A stretch of 64,000 nucleotides of DNA from Candidatus Obscuribacteraceae bacterium (GTDB lineage: Bacteria; Cyanobacteriota; Vampirovibrionia; Obscuribacterales; Obscuribacteraceae). Positions 45,625 through 55,468 of this stretch are shown piece after piece; the first letter of the stretch is position 1, and every line of letters begins with the position of its first letter. The notes under the pieces are model-generated. The model saw only the letters and a program-made list of their open reading frames with translations, was not told where the DNA came from and ran no database searches. The translations under genes were made by a program, and so were the position numbers. The stretch is from the NCBI GenBank assembly GCA_044229845.1, contig JBGASG010000001.1:96001-160000 (forward strand). The letters are read 5' to 3'.

Positions 45625-47373
45625 TCACTTCTTTGAAGAAATTGTACCCAGAGACGGAACTCGTGGCAGCCTGCCTGTCTCTTTGACAAGTCGAGAAAGC
45701 AAGTGGATCTTTTCAGCCCATTCCGGATTGCGCTCGCATTCGACGAGCGAGTCATGCATGCGCTGACTCCAGTTTGAATTAGAAGCCAGTCCCGGCTCGT
45801 TGTACCGCTCGCTGGTGCCCAGAATGTCGGTAATCATGAACATAGCAAGCCAGCAGGGAGTTTCCAGAAGCGCAGTGACGAACGCGACATGCAGCTCTCT
45901 TGTAAAGCTGGTGGGCGGATGCTCCGGATCTAGAGAAAGGAACCGCATCAACCGCTGCACATCCAGCCAGGCTGCATGACCGTCCTGACCGTGCCAGCGG
46001 CGCACCAGGTCTTCGTAATATGCTCGCAACGGCGCCAAATCGTGCGTCGCGTATGTTGCCAGGTTGAGCGGATGCAACTCATCCTTTGGTTTGAATTCCT
46101 GAGTCTCTTCGTCGCGCTCGAAAATCGGAATGGCAAATCCGGGAATGCCCAGTTTGCGCAGCATCGGCCTGACGTACCAGGGAACGACTCCCAGGTCTTC
46201 CGCGACCACGCCCGCCTCGCCGGCCGCTTCTTTGATCATGATCAAAAGCTTTTCGCCGTCAACGGCATTCAGTTCGCCCAGCTCTTTGGGATAGTCTTTG
46301 CGCTGAATGAAATGAGGCAGTTCTCCGCCGGTCAATTCCTTGGCTTCTTCCTCGGTGAGGCTGACGAATTCTTCGTTGCGCTCCGGGATCCATGGAAATG
46401 CGTATATACGAAAGAAACCCAGCACATGGTCGATGCGGAAGTAGTGGAAGACCTGCGTCAGGAGACCGACGCGCTTGCGCCACCAGGCGAAATTCTCTTT
46501 GCGATGGGCGTCCCACTTATAGAGAGGAATGCCCCAGTTTTGCCCCCACTTCACCACGAACTCGCTGTCTTGGAAATAAGGCTCGGGCGGGGCTCCGCCT
46601 GACCATTGGAGATCGAATAAGTCGCGCTCGGCCCAGACATCGGCGCTGTAGCGGCTGATGCCGAACGGCAGGTCTCCCATGAGGGCGATACCCAGGCGGT
46701 CGGCGTGGGCGCGCACTGAGTCCCACTGTCTGAACGCCACCCACTGCACAAACGCGAAGAAGTCGCGATTTTTCTGCAGGCGACCGTCGCTCTTTTCGTC
46801 AAACCATTTTTCAGCGGTGGACAGTGACTGATGTTGGGGCTCCCACCACGGCCAGCAGGCATTGCCCTGATACTCATCCACCAGAAGACGGAAGAGCGTG
46901 TAGGGTTGTAGCCAGATGGCATGCTTGGCTTTGAAGTCACGAAACTCGGTGGCGAGCGCATCGGCTCCAACCGTCTCGGTCGCCACGAAAGTCTCGTAGG
47001 CTGCCCGCAGCAGTTGCAGCTTCAGCCACTTGACCGTTGCATAATTCACAGCATCGCCGGCGATGGCATTTACCGTCTCCGGCGTCACCAGTTCGTTGTA
47101 CACCTGGGCCGTCAAACCGGGCACCGCCGATGGTGAAACATCGAGAAGGACGGGGTCGAGAGCCAGAGAGCTGAGGGCGTTATAGGGGCTGTTGTCGCCG
47201 CCGGTTTCGTTAATCGGCAAAACTTGCAGCACGGCCAGGCTGTTGCGCGCGCAAAAGTCTAGAGCGTCCTTCATGGCGGTGGTGTCGCCGATGCCCAGAT
47301 CGTCCTGGCGGCGCAGGGCGAACACCGGTACCAGCATGCCGGCCATTTGCTCTTTCGGATTGATGATGCTCAT
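45625..47373 (-). CDS. malQ: 4-alpha-glucanotransferase (GH77)
   Basis: QVLPIN, SPY, GDLP, GAPP, GQNWG, RIDHVLG, AEDLG, THD. Confidence 0.95.
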   Translation of the reverse strand: MSIINPKEQMAGMLVPVFALRRQDDLGIGDTTAMKDALDFCARNSLAVLQVLPINETGGDNSPYNALSSLALDPVLLDVSPSAVPGLTAQVYNELVTPETVNAIAGDAVNYATVKWLKLQLLRAAYETFVATETVGADALATEFRDFKAKHAIWLQPYTLFRLLVDEYQGNACWPWWEPQHQSLSTAEKWFDEKSDGRLQKNRDFFAFVQWVAFRQWDSVRAHADRLGIALMGDLPFGISRYSADVWAERDLFDLQWSGGAPPEPYFQDSEFVVKWGQNWGIPLYKWDAHRKENFAWWRKRVGLLTQVFHYFRIDHVLGFFRIYAFPWIPERNEEFVSLTEEEAKELTGGELPHFIQRKDYPKELGELNAVDGEKLLIMIKEAAGEAGVVAEDLGVVPWYVRPMLRKLGIPGFAIPIFERDEETQEFKPKDELHPLNLATYATHDLAPLRAYYEDLVRRWHGQDGHAAWLDVQRLMRFLSLDPEHPPTSFTRELHVAFVTALLETPCWLAMFMITDILGTSERYNEPGLASNSNWSQRMHDSLVECERNPEWAEKIHLLSRLVKETGRLPRVPSLGTISSKK

Positions 47374-48668
47374 ATTCCCAGTCTCTCGAAGACACGGTCC
47401 ACATTACGCAGATAGGCAGCCGGATTGAAACATTGTTCGACATCGTCTTGATCGAGATGCTTCATGACCTCGGCATCAGCGAGCAGGTTTATTTTGAAGT
47501 TGCCGTCTTTGGTGTTCCAGGCCGCGTGCGCGTTGCGCTGCACCAGGGTGTAAGCATCTTCGCGGCTCATGCCGCCTTTATCCACCAGGCTGAGCAAGAC
47601 CGCTTGAGAAAAAATGACGCCGCCATATATGTCCATGTTGTCGCGCATGTTGTCGGGGTAGACGACCAGATCTTTGATTACCCGGGTAAAGCGCGCCAGC
47701 ATGTAATCCAGAAGAATCGTCGAATCAGGCAATATCACGCGCTCCGCCGACGAGTGGCTGATATCGCGTTCGTGCCAGAGTGGAATGTTTTCCAGGGCGA
47801 CCAGGGCATTGCCGCGCAAAATGCGAGCCAGTCCGGACATGTTTTCGGAGGCAACCGGATTGCGTTTGTGCGGCATCGCCGAAGAACCTTTTTGTCCTTT
47901 GCTGAACGGCTCTTCCACTTCCAGTACATCGGTGCGTTGCAAGTGACGGATTTCTGTGGCGAACTTGTCGAGGCTGGTGCCGATCAGCGCCAGAGTAAAG
48001 ACAAATTGCGCGTGACGATCGCGTTGAATAATTTGAGTCGATACCGGATCTGGTGTCAGTCCCAGTTTTTTGCATAGCAGCACTTCGACATCCGGTGAGA
48101 TGTTGGAATAGGTGCCGACGGCGCCGCTTACCTGTCCTACCGATATCATATCGGTAGCCTCGGCAAGGCGTTTCTGATGCCGGCGCACTTCTTCCAGCCA
48201 GACCGCAAGTTTAAATCCGAATGTAATCGGTTCAGCATGAATGCCGTGCGAGCGGCCGACCATGACTGTGTGCTTGTGCTTGCGCGCCTGCTCCAGGATG
48301 GCCGCGTGCAGAGCCTCCAGATCTTGCTCCAGGATCAAACTGGACCGTCTCAGCTGCAATGCCAGAGCTGTGTCGATCACATCGGAGGAAGTCATGCCCA
48401 GATGCACGTAGCGTGAATTCTCACCGACGTTTTCCGCTACGTTCGTCAAGAACGCAATCACGTCGTGTTTGACTTCTTCTTCGATTTCGAGAATACGCTT
48501 AACGTCGAATTTTGCTTTTGCGACGATGTCAGGAACGACTTCTCTCGGAATCAATCCGAGTTCTGCTTGTGCCTCGCAGACTGCGATTTCTACATCAAGC
48601 CAGGTGCGAAACTTGGATTCGTCCGACCAGAGGGCGCCCATCTCAGGTCGTGTGTACCTGCTTATCAC
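47370..48668 (-). CDS. purB: Adenylosuccinate lyase
   Basis: HDVIAF, GRSHGIHAEP, GSSAMPHKRNP. Confidence 0.97.
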   Translation of the reverse strand: MISRYTRPEMGALWSDESKFRTWLDVEIAVCEAQAELGLIPREVVPDIVAKAKFDVKRILEIEEEVKHDVIAFLTNVAENVGENSRYVHLGMTSSDVIDTALALQLRRSSLILEQDLEALHAAILEQARKHKHTVMVGRSHGIHAEPITFGFKLAVWLEEVRRHQKRLAEATDMISVGQVSGAVGTYSNISPDVEVLLCKKLGLTPDPVSTQIIQRDRHAQFVFTLALIGTSLDKFATEIRHLQRTDVLEVEEPFSKGQKGSSAMPHKRNPVASENMSGLARILRGNALVALENIPLWHERDISHSSAERVILPDSTILLDYMLARFTRVIKDLVVYPDNMRDNMDIYGGVIFSQAVLLSLVDKGGMSREDAYTLVQRNAHAAWNTKDGNFKINLLADAEVMKHLDQDDVEQCFNPAAYLRNVDRVFERLGI

Positions 48669-48810
48669 TTATGACTCCTGATTAACATGCGTGCGCTAAT
48701 GCGTCTGGGACAGGTCTGCGCGGAGAAGCTATTTTACAGGAATGATCTGGCGCAGACGCCGTTGCGCTTCCTTCTGTAAAATGTGCATATAACCAAAAGG
48801 TATTCAAGCA

Positions 48811-49704
48811 ATGAAGATTCTCGTGCCGCTCGACATCGTCCATCCCGCTGACGGCACCGTCGATGTCCTGGCGTCCGTCACCCGCCTCAAAGAAGCAGAG
48901 GTCCGACTTCTTTATGTCCGGGAAGCGCTGCCTTCTTATGAGGCCGTCATCGGAGCCGAGGCAGACTTCAATGACGACTGGAATCACAAAGTCGAGTCGC
49001 AAGCGCGCACATTCTTGAGCAAAGTCGAAGAGCAACTGAAGCCTCTGTCCGGCAAGGTCTCTTCCGAGATAGTCAGCGGTTCGCCGGCGATGATGATCGA
49101 AACGGTCGCCCGAGATGAACAATGCGACATCACGGCTTTGACGCCTGGTCACAAAAATATCGTCGAGAAGTTTTTGGTTGGCAGTGTCACCAGTAAAGTC
49201 GTAAAGCATGGTCCGGGAACCATCTTGATTTGCCGCCCGCCACGAGCCGGCGAGTATCAAAATGTCGTCATCGGTATTGATGGATCTGAAAACAGCAAAT
49301 ATGCCATCATGCGCGCCATCGAGCTGTTCCGGCTACGCGAGGAGAACGTACGCATCACCCTGGTTCACGCAGTCGACGTTGCTGATGCATTGAAGATGGT
49401 CAGTCCTGCTGAGTTTATCGGGCAGGTCGTGAACAATCTGCTGCTCGAGGGAGAAACATTCTTAGCCGACGCCAAGCGCATTCTCGCAGAGAACGACTTC
49501 AAGAAAGTCGACGTGGTGCTCAAGGAAGGCGATCCGACCACCATCATGATTGAGGTAGCCAGAGCATTGCCGGCTGATCTGATTATCATCGGCGCGCAGG
49601 GGCATTCAGCTATTCAGCACTTTTTGCTGGGCAGCGTGTCGCATCGCATAGCCGTACACGCACCATGCACGGTGGCAGTCGTGAAACCGGAAAAAGCGAG
49701 ATGA
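48811..49704 (+). CDS. Tandem-domain universal stress protein
   Basis: Two USP domains (KILVPLD / VVIGIDGS; LVGSV / LLGSVS). Confidence 0.92.
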   Translation: MKILVPLDIVHPADGTVDVLASVTRLKEAEVRLLYVREALPSYEAVIGAEADFNDDWNHKVESQARTFLSKVEEQLKPLSGKVSSEIVSGSPAMMIETVARDEQCDITALTPGHKNIVEKFLVGSVTSKVVKHGPGTILICRPPRAGEYQNVVIGIDGSENSKYAIMRAIELFRLREENVRITLVHAVDVADALKMVSPAEFIGQVVNNLLLEGETFLADAKRILAENDFKKVDVVLKEGDPTTIMIEVARALPADLIIIGAQGHSAIQHFLLGSVSHRIAVHAPCTVAVVKPEKAR

Positions 49705-50744
49705 AGACACGCTTTTTGACCATCGTGCTCGGCGGGTGCTGTCTGCTCCTCAGTGGCGGATTTTCGCCCTCAACGGCAGCCACCGAGATAGACGATGCTG
49801 CCGACCTGGCCACTCAACAGCAGCAAGAAAAGCAGGTGCTGGAAGAGATGCGTCAGGAGATGTCGGAGATTACCGGCACTCTCAACCAGGGAGCGCAACA
49901 GCTCAACTTGCTTCAGCAAAAGGTGGAAGCGAGCAAGCGTGTGCGCGAGCAATATTTGATTGCGAAGGAGGCGAGCTGGGAAATTTTGCCGGGAACGACT
50001 TTGAACGCGCTCACTTATAACGGGCAGGTGCCGGGTCCGGTGATCCGTGTCAAAGAGGGCGAGTTGCTGAAGATTACTTTGACCAATCAGCTGAAAGTGC
50101 CGACCAGCTTGCTCTTTCACGGCATGTCACTGCCGCAGACGGCCGGTGGATTGCCGCGCCAGGGTGAGGGACTGGTGGCACCGGGGGCGTCGTACGTCTA
50201 CCAATTTTTCGCCGACCGCCCGGGCACCTACTGGTATCATCCGCAGGTGCCGCATCTGGAGCAGCTGCCCAGAGGCATGTACGGCGCGGTGATCGTGGAA
50301 CCGACACGATTGCCCAAGACGTATGAGCGTGACATTGCCATCGTATTTGGTGAGTGTCAGGCGGGTGATCCGCGCTCGGCAAAACACCCCGCGTACTTTT
50401 TGACTAACGGGAAAACAGCCTCCGGTGCTCAGCCACTCGAACTAAAACGCGGAGAGCGCGTGCGCCTGCGCATGATCAATGCATCGCAAGCATCGATTCC
50501 TTTGTTTCTTACCGGGCACCGCATGGAGATCATGTCGATCAACGGTTCAGACTCTCTGGAGCCCCACGTGATGCGCGACACGCTGACCCTGCAACCTGGC
50601 GATCGGGTGGATGCCGAGGTGGTGGCTAACAACCCGGGCGTCTGGTCGCTGGCTTCACTAATACCCAGCCAGAACCAGATCGACGGTAAGTTTCCGGGCG
50701 GCATTGCCACCGTGGTTCGCTATACCGAACTCTCGCAAAAATAA
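49701..50744 (+). CDS. Two-domain multicopper-oxidase homolog, copper ligands degenerate
   Basis: YNGQVPGPVIRVKEG, GTYWYH, GMYGAVIV, GERVRLR, NNPGVW; ATGA overlap with the USP gene. Confidence 0.8.
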   Translation: MKTRFLTIVLGGCCLLLSGGFSPSTAATEIDDAADLATQQQQEKQVLEEMRQEMSEITGTLNQGAQQLNLLQQKVEASKRVREQYLIAKEASWEILPGTTLNALTYNGQVPGPVIRVKEGELLKITLTNQLKVPTSLLFHGMSLPQTAGGLPRQGEGLVAPGASYVYQFFADRPGTYWYHPQVPHLEQLPRGMYGAVIVEPTRLPKTYERDIAIVFGECQAGDPRSAKHPAYFLTNGKTASGAQPLELKRGERVRLRMINASQASIPLFLTGHRMEIMSINGSDSLEPHVMRDTLTLQPGDRVDAEVVANNPGVWSLASLIPSQNQIDGKFPGGIATVVRYTELSQK

Positions 50745-51050
50745 CTACATTGCTTCGCGCAGCTGCTCCAGCTGGATCTTCACCTTTTCCCTGGTCAGTC
50801 CTGTGTGGCTGCAGAAAGCGTCCCAACCTATATCGATAACCTCTTCCCAGTACTCGTAGTAAACCTGGGAATTAAGATATCCAAGCCCCTGCTCCAGAGA
50901 AAAATCTGCCAGGATAGCTTTAGCCATATCGTGTTGAACGAGATGCTGCACATCGAACCACTGCTCTTCCAAAGCCAACTCAAAAAGAGTGGCCAGGAAA
51001 ATCGGCTGGCGATATCGGGTTTCTGCAAGCTCACGTAGCCGGTCATGCAT
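50745..51050 (-). CDS. Small helical hypothetical protein
   Basis: 101-aa protein-like ORF, convergent with the upstream gene. Confidence 0.65.
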   Translation of the reverse strand: MHDRLRELAETRYRQPIFLATLFELALEEQWFDVQHLVQHDMAKAILADFSLEQGLGYLNSQVYYEYWEEVIDIGWDAFCSHTGLTREKVKIQLEQLREAM

Positions 51051-51117
51051 CAGCGTGCGTTTACCTCTCCCATGCAGGCTCGCTTATCAATAAGGTAGCA
51101 TAAAGTTTTGTTAACTG

Positions 51118-52194
51118 GTGGAGCATTTTAGAAATACCATATCTGGTGGCGCGAATATGAAGTGTATGCGCAGACAGCTCCCAATAATATTCACTGTGGC
51201 TGGCTTTTCGGTCTTGGCGTTTCTTTGCAAATATTCAGCGCCTGCTTTTGCACAGGCAGTTTCTGAGGGGCCGAGCGCTGTCGAAATCTTGCGAGACCTG
51301 GAGCAGCGCGCTGGATTGCAGCCGCCTCCGTATGTTTCGGTGGTGCAGCGAATTGCCGTTCTGGAGCAGAAGTATTTCGGCACAGAAAGACCCGGCTCGG
51401 TTGTCCAGCGCCTGGAGGCGCTGAAACTGGCGGCGAGCGGCACTGCCATTCAGTCGATTCCGGCAGATCAGGTGCACACCTGTTCGTTGCACACGCTCTC
51501 GCTGGGCGATGCCCTGCCGCTGGTGAGCGGGCAGCCGCCCAATTATGTACGCGTCGATGCTCCCGGCTTCCCGGTCGCCGCCAACGATTACTACGGCGAT
51601 GTTTTCAAAAGCAGCCAGCAAAAGGTCGTGCGTTTCAAATCAATGCCGATTACTGTGTATATAACTCCCTATCCGGATGCCGGTTTCATGCATTGCGTCA
51701 GGCGTTCGTTCGACACCTGGGAAGCGGTCTCGGACGGGCTGGTGAAGTTTACAGAAGTGCAAAGTGCCAAGGATGCCCGCATACAAGTAGTCTGGAAGCG
51801 GCTGGGGCAACGCGGAGACATTGTCGGCTGCACCCTCGGCGCTCAGACAATTATGAAATACAAAGACCGCGGCAACGGCAATCTCTCCTTCGTGGGGGTC
51901 AGCGGCGTGCCCGTGCCGGTCTATATTCCGCGCTTCGGACCGAAGTATGTGGTGCCACCACAAGTGATCGAGGTCAATCTCGACCTGATTATGTCCCGCG
52001 ATCCGACCAAGCGCTATCGGCTGCTGGAGAACATCTCCACGCATGAGCTTGGGCACGCGCTGGGACTGCTAGGGCACAGTCCCTTCAAAGCCGACATGAT
52101 GAACGAAATAACCGATGAGCATTCACGGGTATCGCAGAGGGACGTAAATACTCTCATTCAGCTCTACAGTAAAAAGTGCGACGTGCCGCTTTAG
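51118..52194 (+). CDS. Matrixin-like zinc metalloprotease
   Basis: HELGHALGLLGHS followed by Met-turn (DMM); signal peptide. Confidence 0.85.
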   Translation: MEHFRNTISGGANMKCMRRQLPIIFTVAGFSVLAFLCKYSAPAFAQAVSEGPSAVEILRDLEQRAGLQPPPYVSVVQRIAVLEQKYFGTERPGSVVQRLEALKLAASGTAIQSIPADQVHTCSLHTLSLGDALPLVSGQPPNYVRVDAPGFPVAANDYYGDVFKSSQQKVVRFKSMPITVYITPYPDAGFMHCVRRSFDTWEAVSDGLVKFTEVQSAKDARIQVVWKRLGQRGDIVGCTLGAQTIMKYKDRGNGNLSFVGVSGVPVPVYIPRFGPKYVVPPQVIEVNLDLIMSRDPTKRYRLLENISTHELGHALGLLGHSPFKADMMNEITDEHSRVSQRDVNTLIQLYSKKCDVPL

Positions 52195-52205
52195 TTTCTT
52201 TGCGA

Positions 52206-52907
52206 CTACCAGGCGTATGGGCGTACGCCATACTGGCTGCGCAACTGTGCGTCTAACTGTTTGACGCCGGCTTCCAACTGCTCCAGCTGCATCTTGCGAG
52301 GCATAAGCGATGCGGCGATGGGATTACCGGCTTGATCTGTGGCCAGCACATTGGATTGCACCTTCAAGTAGTCCGAGAACAACCCACGCGCGGTCACGAA
52401 ATACTGGTAGTAGCCCTTCTGTAATTGCAGGGTCTGGGGCAGAGATTGCAGACCGCGCAAGGAAGCGCCTGCCTTGTCGTAGCGCGCGACCATCTGTCCG
52501 AGCAAGTTCTGCGCGGCGACCTTTTCCGGTCCCGGGATGAACATCGAGAGCTTGCTCGACAATAGCTTGTCTGAGTACGCCTTCTCCTGTGGGCTCATCT
52601 GGGCGCCATGGCGAATTTGATCGTACGCAGCGAACCACTGCCCGATGCGAGCTTGATCCTGAGGGGATGCGGCTGGCTGGGCTTGCATCGCCGGCTGCCC
52701 GCCACCCATCTGGGGGGTGTTAGCCGGATAAGTGCTGCTGTAAGTGTTGCTCGGGTCCGGCTGAGGCCAGCCGGGTGGAGCGTTGTAGGTCTTTGGCGCT
52801 TGCTGATAGCCGCCACCGCCCTGCCAGTCTTGTGCGAAGGCTGGCATGACGCCCATTGCAGGCACGAAAAGGGCTGTTATTGCCAGGAGAAGCCGGTTGG
52901 TTTGCAT
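52206..52907 (-). CDS. Secreted hypothetical protein
   Basis: Signal peptide ending AFA; Gln/Pro linker; helical domain. Confidence 0.65.
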   Translation of the reverse strand: MQTNRLLLAITALFVPAMGVMPAFAQDWQGGGGYQQAPKTYNAPPGWPQPDPSNTYSSTYPANTPQMGGGQPAMQAQPAASPQDQARIGQWFAAYDQIRHGAQMSPQEKAYSDKLLSSKLSMFIPGPEKVAAQNLLGQMVARYDKAGASLRGLQSLPQTLQLQKGYYQYFVTARGLFSDYLKVQSNVLATDQAGNPIAASLMPRKMQLEQLEAGVKQLDAQLRSQYGVRPYAW

Positions 52908-53070
52908 ACCGTACCCTTCAGGTAACTATCTAATTCTACTTGGTCCGAGGCTGTGGATTGTCTAGTAACCCGCTGGGTCGGGTATGCTTTAGGCATCTGG
53001 CAGACCGCCAAACGTCATCAGTATCGGTTGACGCCGGAAGGTTGCCATTGTTTCTTGGGGATACCTTTTC

Positions 53071-53952
53071 ATGACCATTCTGGTTGCAGTCAAGAAAAAC
53101 GGGCGGGTGTATCTTGGCGCCGATCGCATTACGACGTTCGGCAACGAATACACGACGGAACTCCTCAATGGCACCAAGATAATCAAACTAAAGCATGCGT
53201 ATCTCGCCACCAGCGGATACACGCTCATGGATAACGTCATTGAGCACCTGCATTCCGTCAATCACAAAATGATGGATAACACCTTCAAGACTCGCTCTGA
53301 GGTGTTCTCGTTTTTTCTCGAGTTGTATGCGGAATTGAAGAAAGCCTACACGCTCGTTGACACCGGCAAAGACACCTACGCCGGCATTTACAACATATTT
53401 TTCATCGTCACGCCGACCAGCATTTATGGCATTGCCAACAATATGAGTGTGCACGAGTACCCGCAGTACGCCACCAAAGGCGCGGGATCTGATTATTCGC
53501 TCGGCGCGCTGTATGCCACGTATGACACCATAGATGATGGCTACGAACTGGTGCGCACAGCGCTGGAAGCAGCCTGCAATTTCTCGTTGTACTGCCGCGA
53601 ACCGCTGGACATCATCGAAGTAAAACGCGAAGACTTCGGCAAGCCGGTCAAAGGATATAAAGATCACTCCAAAGCGATGCGCACTCTGGAGAAACGCAAA
53701 ACGCCCGGCAATCTTTTGGAAGTGGTGAAAACGGTGAGTAGCACTGCCAGTGCGACGAACGGAACAAATGGCAGCACACCCATATCGCGTTTCAAGTCAA
53801 AGGCGACCGCTCCGAAGGTGAAAGCAAGTGCATCGAAGACGAAAGCGGCTGCACTAAAGGTGAAAGCACGTGCACCCAAGGCTGCGAAGCCAAGTAAGAA
53901 ATCAACTGGAACCAAGCGCACGGCCGAGAAGAAGAAATCAGCTCGCCGTTAG
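53071..53952 (+). CDS. Proteasome beta/HslV-like Ntn protease (BPH-like) with Lys/Ala-rich tail
   Basis: M-T-ILVAVKK..YLGADRITTFG, TKI, GAGSDYSLGAL, ALEAAC. Confidence 0.75.
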   Translation: MTILVAVKKNGRVYLGADRITTFGNEYTTELLNGTKIIKLKHAYLATSGYTLMDNVIEHLHSVNHKMMDNTFKTRSEVFSFFLELYAELKKAYTLVDTGKDTYAGIYNIFFIVTPTSIYGIANNMSVHEYPQYATKGAGSDYSLGALYATYDTIDDGYELVRTALEAACNFSLYCREPLDIIEVKREDFGKPVKGYKDHSKAMRTLEKRKTPGNLLEVVKTVSSTASATNGTNGSTPISRFKSKATAPKVKASASKTKAAALKVKARAPKAAKPSKKSTGTKRTAEKKKSARR

Positions 53953-54082
53953 GTCTCAGGTGAGTTATCAAGTGTTCAACGGCGAGGTTTCGCTCTCGTG
54001 CGCGGCCTGCTCTTATCCGCATCGACCAAACAGGAACTGAATGCACGCCAGGCTTTCGATCGCTTCACCCCGTCGAGTTAGC

Positions 54083-55381
54083 TCAGATGAACAGCTTCTG
54101 CAGGTCTTGTGCGAAGCGCGGGTAAGAAACTGCTACGCAGTCGACGTCATCGATTTCCACCGGCGTCGTACACATCAAATTGGCGACGATGCCGGTCATC
54201 GCCATGCGGTGATCGCCGAAAGTCTCCCACTTGGAGCCGCCGGACAGCGAGCCGCCTCTGCCGATGATTTCGAAACCGTCTTTGAATTCGGTGATCTCGG
54301 CGCCGGCTCGTCTGAGGTTCCCAACGATTGCGGCTAGGCGGTCGCTTTCCTTGACTCGCAATTCTTCCGCATCTCTGACGACGAACGAGCCGCTGCAAAC
54401 AGCGCCTGCCAGAGCCAAAATCGGAATCTCGTCGATGCCGGTGGCGATTCTGGTGCCGTCGATTCTGGCTCCATTCGGGTAGCGATCGTATTGCACTCGA
54501 ATGTCGGCAACCGGTTCGCCCGTCGGGTGTTCTTTGCGATTAATTTCTACATTCATCCCCATCGATGCCAGGACATCCACAATCAGCATGCGGCCTGGGT
54601 TTATACCGACATTGGTGAGCAGCAGTTGTGAGCCGTGCAGGCAGCCCGCCGCCACCATAAAGAATGCCGCCGACGAAATATCGCCAGGCACCTGCACCGA
54701 ATATGGTGCCAAGGGCTGCGACAGTTTCTTCACTGAAACAGTCTGGTCCTTTTCTTCGAACGGCAGCCCCATGAAGGAGAAAAACTTGGTTGTATGGTCG
54801 CGCACAGGCTTAGGCAGTTTGACGCTGGTTTCGCCTTCCGCTTGTAGCCCGGCCAGCAAAATAGCTGTCTGCACTTGCGCTGACGCCACCGGCAGAACGA
54901 AATGTTGTCCCTGCAGCTTGCCACCCTCGATGGTGAAAGGTGGGTGGTCCTGTTTCTCGTTATAAGAGATCTGCGCCCCCATGGTTTTCAGGGGATTGAG
55001 AACCCTGCCCATCGGGCGCCCCCGCAGCGAATCGTCGCCGTCAAAAGTGGAGGCAAAGGGCTGCCCGGCAGCAAGACCCGCCAGCAGCCTGATGGTGGTG
55101 CCGCTGTTGCCGGCATCGAGCGTCTCTTCTGAAGCCTGCAGGCGTTTTAAGCCCGGGCTGACAACTGTGCATTCAGAGCCGTCGGCTGAAAAAGTCGTCT
55201 TCAGACCGAGCGACTCCAGGCAACGCGCGGTTGAGCGCACGTCTTCTGCAGGCGATAAATGCTGGACTTTGCACTCACCTTCCGTGAAGGCGGCGAACAT
55301 GAGCGCGCGATGCGATATGGACTTATCGCCGGGAACGCGCAACTCGCCTCGCAGAAGCGGTCTTTCTGTGGATTGCGTCAT
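54083..55381 (-). CDS. aroA: EPSP synthase
   Basis: PGDKSISHRA, GNSGTTIRL, SAQV, RVKESDRL, DHRMAM. Confidence 0.97.
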   Translation of the reverse strand: MTQSTERPLLRGELRVPGDKSISHRALMFAAFTEGECKVQHLSPAEDVRSTARCLESLGLKTTFSADGSECTVVSPGLKRLQASEETLDAGNSGTTIRLLAGLAAGQPFASTFDGDDSLRGRPMGRVLNPLKTMGAQISYNEKQDHPPFTIEGGKLQGQHFVLPVASAQVQTAILLAGLQAEGETSVKLPKPVRDHTTKFFSFMGLPFEEKDQTVSVKKLSQPLAPYSVQVPGDISSAAFFMVAAGCLHGSQLLLTNVGINPGRMLIVDVLASMGMNVEINRKEHPTGEPVADIRVQYDRYPNGARIDGTRIATGIDEIPILALAGAVCSGSFVVRDAEELRVKESDRLAAIVGNLRRAGAEITEFKDGFEIIGRGGSLSGGSKWETFGDHRMAMTGIVANLMCTTPVEIDDVDCVAVSYPRFAQDLQKLFI

Positions 55382-55468
55382 TACATCACATCCTGCGTGC
55401 GACTGCGCACCGCAATGACGTCATATTGTAAGATGTAGCGCGTTGCCGACCCAGCCAATTGAATTTGC

